Positions 58,410 to 64,000 of a stretch of 64,000 bases of DNA are shown here, in pieces; position 1 is the first letter of the stretch, and every line of letters begins with the position of its first letter. The position numbers were made by a program, and so were the translations under genes. Source of the stretch: Lachnospiraceae bacterium (GTDB taxonomy: Bacteria; Bacillota; Clostridia; Lachnospirales; Lachnospiraceae); NCBI GenBank assembly GCA_029062895.1, contig JAIDPF010000091.1:1502-65501 (forward strand). The letters are read 5' to 3'. The notes beneath the pieces are model-generated. The model made no database searches. It saw only the letters and a program-made list of their open reading frames with translations, and had not been told where the DNA came from.

Positions 58410-61400
58410 TATAAGAAAGTTTCTACCGATCTGAATTTTGTGGAGAGGGAAAAAGAAGTTGAAAAGTTTTGGAAGGACAATGATATTTTCAGGAAAAGTA
58501 TCAAGAGCCGCGAAGGTTGTCCCACGTATATGTTTTATGATGGACCTCCGACAGCCAACGGCAAACCGCATATTGGTCATGTGCTGACCCGTGTTATCAA
58601 AGATATGATTCCGAGATACCGTACTATGAAGGGATATATGGTTCCCCGAAAGGCGGGCTGGGATACCCATGGACTTCCGGTAGAGATTGAAGTAGAAAAG
58701 CTGCTTGGCTTAGACGGCAAGGAGCAGATCGAGGAATATGGATTAGAGCCTTTTATTGAAAAGTGTAAGGAAAGTGTCTGGAAATACAAGGGTATGTGGG
58801 AGGATTTCTCCGGCACAGTGGGATTCTGGGCGGATATGGATGATCCATACGTTACCTATCATGATGATTTTATAGAATCAGAATGGTGGGCATTAAAAGA
58901 GATCTGGAATAAAAACCTTTTATATAAAGGTTTTAAGATCGTACCGTACTGCCCTCGCTGCGGGACACCGTTGTCCTCTCAGGAGGTGGCGCAGGGGTAT
59001 AAGGATGTAAAGGAGCGTTCTGCGGTTGTACGGTTCAAGTGCAAGGACGAGGACGCATATATTCTGGCATGGACCACAACGCCATGGACACTCCCGTCCA
59101 ATGTTGCCCTCTGTATGCATCCGGATTATGAATATGTCAAGGTAAAAAGCAATAAGGACGGTCTTACCTATTATATGGCGCAGGCGCTGGTTGCGCAGGT
59201 GCTTGGCGATGATGTAGAGGTGCTTGAAAGCTATCGTGGAAAAGATCTGGAACATAAGGAATATGTTCCTCTGTTCCCTTATGCGGATGATGTCGTTGCT
59301 AAACAGGGAAAGAAGGGATTCTATGTTGTATGTGATGAATACGTTACGCTGACGGATGGTACGGGCGTTGTTCATATCGCGCCGGCATTTGGTGAGGACG
59401 ACGCTAACGTAGGAAGAAAATATGATCTGCCTTTTGTCCAGCTGGTGGATGGCAAAGGTGAGATGACAGAGCCTACCCCATGGGCGGGAACCTTTGTGAA
59501 AAAGGCGGATATGCCGATCTTACAGGCGTTGGAGGATGCAGGCCTTTTATTTGACGCGCCGAAGTTCGAGCACAGCTATCCCCATTGCTGGAGATGTGAT
59601 ACGCCGCTGATCTATTATGCGCGGGAATCATGGTATATCAAGATGACTGCGGTAAAAGATCAAATGATTGCCAATAACAATAAGATTAACTGGATCCCGG
59701 AATCTATCGGAAAGGGACGTTTTGGAGACTGGCTGGAAAATCTGCAGGATTGGGCGATCTCCCGAAACCGTTATTGGGGTACACCGTTAAATATCTGGGA
59801 ATGTGAATGCGGTCATATGCACTCTGTGGGCAGCAGAGCAGAACTTGCAGAGCTTAGCGGCAATGCGGAGGATGCGAAAGTTGAGCTGCACCGTCCGTAC
59901 ATTGATGCGGTGACCTTCCCCTGTCCGAAGTGCGGTAAGACTATGCACCGGGTGCCGGAGGTGATCGACTGCTGGTTTGATTCCGGCGCGATGCCGTTTG
60001 CACAGCATCATTATCCATTTGAGAATAAAGAGTTGTTTGAAGCGCAGTATCCGGCGCAGTTTATTTCCGAAGCGGTTGACCAGACAAGAGGCTGGTTTTA
60101 TTCTCTGCTCGCGGAATCAACACTTTTGTTCGATTCTCCATGTTATCAGAATGTTATTGTGCTTGGACATGTGCAGGATGAAAACGGGCAGAAGATGAGT
60201 AAATCGAAAGGAAATGCAGTAGATCCTTTTGATGCGCTTGCGACACATGGAGCGGATGCGATTCGCTGGTATTTCTATATCAATTCTGCGCCGTGGCTGC
60301 CGAACCGTTTTCATGCGGGTGCAGTAACAGAGGGGCAGAGAAAATTTATGGGTACTCTTTGGAATACCTATGCGTTCTTTGTCTTGTATGCGAATATTGA
60401 TAACTTTAACGCCACGGAATATCAGCTGGAATATGATAAGCTTCCGGTTATGGACCAGTGGCTCTTGTCCAGATTAAATACGGTGGTCGGCGAGGTTGAC
60501 AACTGTCTGGAGAATTATAAGATTCCTGAGGCTGCAAGGGCTTTGCAGGATTTTGTAGATGAGATGAGTAACTGGTATGTAAGACGCGGCCGTGAGCGTT
60601 TCTGGGCAAAAGGAATGGAGCAGGATAAGATCAACGCTTATATGACGCTTTATACGGCGCTTGTAACGATTTCCAAAGCGGCAGCACCGATGGTACCCTT
60701 TATGACAGAGGAGATCTATCTGAATCTGGTGAAGAGTATTGATAAAGACGCTCCGGAAAGTATCCATCTTTGTGATTATCCGGTGGTAAATCAGGAAATG
60801 ATCAATAAGGAACTGGAAAAGAATATGGACGCAGTTCTTAAGACGGTTGTCCTTGGACGGGCGGCAAGAAATACTGCCAATATCAAGAACCGTCAGCCCA
60901 TCGGGACGATGTTTGTAAAAGCGCCCTTTACTTTGGATGAATTTTATCAGGAGATCATAGAAGACGAGTTAAATGTTAAGAAAGTGCAGTTCACGGAGGA
61001 CGTCAGGGAATTTACTTCCTATACCTTTAAGCCACAGTTAAAGACGGTGGGACCAAAGTATGGCAAGCAGCTTGGCGGTATTCAGAAGTATCTTGGCGCG
61101 GTTGACGGCAATGCGGCGATGGATCAGTTAAAAACGGAAGGCGCTCTTGTCTTTGATGTGGATGGCACAGAGATCAGGCTTGCCGAAGAAGATCTGTTGA
61201 TCACAATGGCGCAGAAGGAAGGATACGTGGCGGAAGCTGACGGCGGCGTAACGGTAGTCATGGATACGAATCTGACGGAGGAACTGATCGAGGAAGGCTT
61301 TGTATATGAGCTGATCAGTAAGATCCAGACCATGAGAAAGGATTCCGGATTTGAAGTGATGGATCACATCAGGATCTCCTTTACCAATAATGATAAGATT

Positions 61401-61553
61401 GCGGCAATTGTAAAGAAAAATCAGGACGCAATCATGGGTAAGGTGCTGGCAGATGAAATCTTATCGACAGACTGCTCCATCCATAAAGAGTGGAATGTCA
61501 ATGGCGAGAAAGTAATGATTGGCGTAGAGAAAATGGTGAATTTTAACAAATAA
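58407..61553 (+). CDS. ileS: Isoleucine--tRNA ligase (IleRS2 type)
   Basis: DGPPTANGKPHIGH, GWDTHGLP, WTTTPWTLP, DWAISRNRYWG, WFDSG, KMSKS; long C-terminal IleRS2-type extension; start ATG 58407. Confidence 0.97.
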   Translation: MYKKVSTDLNFVEREKEVEKFWKDNDIFRKSIKSREGCPTYMFYDGPPTANGKPHIGHVLTRVIKDMIPRYRTMKGYMVPRKAGWDTHGLPVEIEVEKLLGLDGKEQIEEYGLEPFIEKCKESVWKYKGMWEDFSGTVGFWADMDDPYVTYHDDFIESEWWALKEIWNKNLLYKGFKIVPYCPRCGTPLSSQEVAQGYKDVKERSAVVRFKCKDEDAYILAWTTTPWTLPSNVALCMHPDYEYVKVKSNKDGLTYYMAQALVAQVLGDDVEVLESYRGKDLEHKEYVPLFPYADDVVAKQGKKGFYVVCDEYVTLTDGTGVVHIAPAFGEDDANVGRKYDLPFVQLVDGKGEMTEPTPWAGTFVKKADMPILQALEDAGLLFDAPKFEHSYPHCWRCDTPLIYYARESWYIKMTAVKDQMIANNNKINWIPESIGKGRFGDWLENLQDWAISRNRYWGTPLNIWECECGHMHSVGSRAELAELSGNAEDAKVELHRPYIDAVTFPCPKCGKTMHRVPEVIDCWFDSGAMPFAQHHYPFENKELFEAQYPAQFISEAVDQTRGWFYSLLAESTLLFDSPCYQNVIVLGHVQDENGQKMSKSKGNAVDPFDALATHGADAIRWYFYINSAPWLPNRFHAGAVTEGQRKFMGTLWNTYAFFVLYANIDNFNATEYQLEYDKLPVMDQWLLSRLNTVVGEVDNCLENYKIPEAARALQDFVDEMSNWYVRRGRERFWAKGMEQDKINAYMTLYTALVTISKAAAPMVPFMTEEIYLNLVKSIDKDAPESIHLCDYPVVNQEMINKELEKNMDAVLKTVVLGRAARNTANIKNRQPIGTMFVKAPFTLDEFYQEIIEDELNVKKVQFTEDVREFTSYTFKPQLKTVGPKYGKQLGGIQKYLGAVDGNAAMDQLKTEGALVFDVDGTEIRLAEEDLLITMAQKEGYVAEADGGVTVVMDTNLTEELIEEGFVYELISKIQTMRKDSGFEVMDHIRISFTNNDKIAAIVKKNQDAIMGKVLADEILSTDCSIHKEWNVNGEKVMIGVEKMVNFNK

Positions 61554-61682
61554 GTCCTGCGATTCCCATGAGTTATTTACAAAGTAATGCTTGCAGAAAA
61601 TGTCGCACATAGTGTATAATTATGATTCGTATAAATTACTATAAACGAATGAAATTTTAAAGAAGCAAACGGAGGTAAGCAT

Positions 61683-64000
61683 ATGTCAAAGAAAGCAGTA
61701 CCTGCTAATACGTCATCCGGTATCACGATCCGTGATTCCTTTGACAAGGAACTTTTTAAGAGAAGCGTACTTTACAATATTAAGACGCTTTATAGAAAAA
61801 CACCTGAAGAAGCAACAGACCAGCAGATTTTTCAGGCGGTAGCATATGCGATAAAAGATCAGGTCGTTGATATGTGGCTTGATACGCAGCAGCAGTATGA
61901 AAAGAAAGACCCAAAGACGGTTTATTATCTGTCTATGGAGTTTTTGATGGGTCGTGCTCTCGGCAATATGATGATCAATATGAAGGCATATAAGCCAGTT
62001 GCAGAAGCGCTGGAAGAGTTGGGACTGAATCTGAATGTTATTGAGGATCAAGAGCCGGATGCAGCGCTTGGTAACGGCGGTCTTGGTCGTCTGGCAGCAT
62101 GTTTTCTGGATTCCCTTGCAACTCTTGGGTATTCGGCTTATGGCTGTGGTATACGTTACCGTTACGGTATGTTTAAGCAGAAGATTCGTGATGGATATCA
62201 GATAGAAGCGCCGGATCACTGGCTGGAGAATGGCAATCCATTTGAGCTGCGTCGCCCGGAATATGCCAAGGAAGTAAGATTTGGCGGATATGTCAGTGTT
62301 CGTGTGGATGAGAACGGCAGAAACAATTATTATCAGGAAGGTTATCAGGCAGTACGCGCGATTCCCTATGATCTTCCGATTGTTGGATATGGCAATGGCA
62401 TCGTAAATACGCTTCGTATCTGGGATGCGGAACCCCTTGACGTATTCCGTTTGGATTCCTTTGATAAGGGCGATTACCAGAAGGCGGTTGAGCAGGAGAA
62501 TCTTGCAAGGAATATCGTAGAGGTTCTTTATCCGAATGACAATCATTACGCAGGTAAAGAGCTGCGTCTGAAACAGCAGTATTTCTTTATTTCCGCGTCA
62601 GTGCAGGAAGCAGTTCAAAAATATATGAGAACTCATGATGATATTAAAAAGTTCCATGAGAAGGTGACCTTCCAGCTCAATGACACGCATCCTACAGTTG
62701 CTGTAGCAGAGTTGATGAGGATCCTGATGGATGAATATTATCTGACATGGGAAGAAGCATGGGATGTGACGACTAAGACCTGTGCTTATACGAACCATAC
62801 GATTATGGCGGAAGCTTTGGAAAAATGGCCCATAGAGTTGTTCTCCCGTCTGCTTCCCCGCGTATATCAGATTATTGAGGAGATCAACCGCAGATTTATT
62901 CTTGATATTGAGCGTAAATATCCTGGTAATCAGGAGAAGGTTCGTAAGATGGCGATCATCTATGACGGACAGGTGAAGATGGCGCACCTTGCAATCTGCG
63001 CGGGCTATTCTGTTAACGGTGTGGCAAGACTGCATACAGAGATCTTGAAGAATCAGGAACTGAAAGACTTTTATGAGATGTTCCCGGAGAAGTTCAATAA
63101 TAAGACCAATGGTATCACACAGAGAAGGTTCCTGCTGCATGGCAATCCGCTGCTTGCTGATTGGGTAACGGCTCATATCGGTGAGGATTGGATCACGGAT
63201 CTTGCAAAGATCAAGAAGTTAAAGGTTTATGCGGATGATGAGAAAGCACAGCAGGAGTTCATGAATATTAAGTATCAGAACAAGGTAAGACTTGCTGCAT
63301 ATATCAAAGAGCATAATGGTGTGGAGGTTGATCCCAGATCGATCTTTGACGTACAGGTAAAGAGACTTCATGAATATAAGCGTCAGCTGTTAAATATCCT
63401 TCATGTAATGTATCTGTACAATGAATTGAAGGAACATCCGGAGATGGAGTTCTATCCGAGGACATTTATCTTTGGAGCAAAGGCAGCCGCAGGCTATATG
63501 AATGCGAAACTGACCATTAAGCTGATCAATTCCGTTGCAGATGTAGTTAATAATGATGCTTCCATCAACGGTAAGATCAAGGTTGTGTTCATCGAGGATT
63601 ACCGTGTGTCCAACGCAGAGCTGATCTTTGCGGCAGCGGATGTGTCTGAGCAGATTTCTACGGCAAGTAAGGAAGCATCCGGTACAGGTAACATGAAGTT
63701 TATGTTGAACGGCGCACTGACCATTGGTACGATGGATGGTGCCAATGTGGAGATCGTAGAGGAAGTCGGCGAGGAGAATGCATTTATCTTCGGACTTTCT
63801 TCCGATGAAGTCATCAAATATGAAAACTTCGGCGGTTATAATCCGATGGAGATCTTTAATAATGATCCTGACATCAGAAAAGTATTGATGCAGCTGATCA
63901 ATGGTGCATTTGCGCCGAATGATCCAGATATGTTCCGTCCGCTGTATAACTCCTTATTGAATACGTTAAGTACTTCTAAAGCAGATACGTACTTCATCTT
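61683..64000 (+). CDS. glgP: Glycogen/starch phosphorylase, 3'-truncated by the window edge
   Basis: Absent from the ORF track because there is no stop in the window. RBS ggagg, ATG 61683; YYLSMEFLMGR, LGNGGLGRLAACF, LYPND, QLNDTHP, HEYKRQ, KEASGTGNMKFMLNG. Confidence 0.96.
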   Translation, partial: MSKKAVPANTSSGITIRDSFDKELFKRSVLYNIKTLYRKTPEEATDQQIFQAVAYAIKDQVVDMWLDTQQQYEKKDPKTVYYLSMEFLMGRALGNMMINMKAYKPVAEALEELGLNLNVIEDQEPDAALGNGGLGRLAACFLDSLATLGYSAYGCGIRYRYGMFKQKIRDGYQIEAPDHWLENGNPFELRRPEYAKEVRFGGYVSVRVDENGRNNYYQEGYQAVRAIPYDLPIVGYGNGIVNTLRIWDAEPLDVFRLDSFDKGDYQKAVEQENLARNIVEVLYPNDNHYAGKELRLKQQYFFISASVQEAVQKYMRTHDDIKKFHEKVTFQLNDTHPTVAVAELMRILMDEYYLTWEEAWDVTTKTCAYTNHTIMAEALEKWPIELFSRLLPRVYQIIEEINRRFILDIERKYPGNQEKVRKMAIIYDGQVKMAHLAICAGYSVNGVARLHTEILKNQELKDFYEMFPEKFNNKTNGITQRRFLLHGNPLLADWVTAHIGEDWITDLAKIKKLKVYADDEKAQQEFMNIKYQNKVRLAAYIKEHNGVEVDPRSIFDVQVKRLHEYKRQLLNILHVMYLYNELKEHPEMEFYPRTFIFGAKAAAGYMNAKLTIKLINSVADVVNNDASINGKIKVVFIEDYRVSNAELIFAAADVSEQISTASKEASGTGNMKFMLNGALTIGTMDGANVEIVEEVGEENAFIFGLSSDEVIKYENFGGYNPMEIFNNDPDIRKVLMQLINGAFAPNDPDMFRPLYNSLLNTLSTSKADTYFI

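Overview
Chromosomal segment of a Firmicute; gene content, RBS style and intergenic repeats suggest Lachnospiraceae (inference). It begins inside a giant DUF4011/SF1-helicase/DUF3320 (Hhe-like) gene and ends inside glgP. Between them are a polar amino-acid ABC transporter split by an epimerase, four MATE exporters, several envelope-stress modules (BceRS/BceAB-like, two XRE-membrane regulators, VanZ, BlaI/BlaR1-like with a dead M23 domain, YtrA-like GntR-ABC), nfnAB-gdhA, a DUF1848/MBL/deoxyinosine-glycosylase cluster, mntP, a NiCo-riboswitch-controlled CDF, a YD-like repeat lipoprotein, ttcA-cysE-NYN, a CUT1-type ABC importer with an embedded FRG gene, and T-box-controlled ileS. I saw no CRISPR array, tRNA, rRNA, integrase or transposase. 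The most unusual signals are: (1) two tandem homologous ~130-nt ncRNA candidates, each with its own promoter and terminator and a covarying stem, directly upstream of a broken PBECR4-like nuclease gene, an architecture resembling type III toxin-antitoxin loci; (2) a dispersed repeat that supplies the RBS of five unrelated genes; (3) hairpin-rich intergenic elements, one flanked by a 13-bp duplication; (4) an orphan antitoxin-like gene between two ~65-bp hairpin repeats. Several start codons were corrected from the ORF track using RBS positions. All family assignments come from motif recognition by eye, not database searches.
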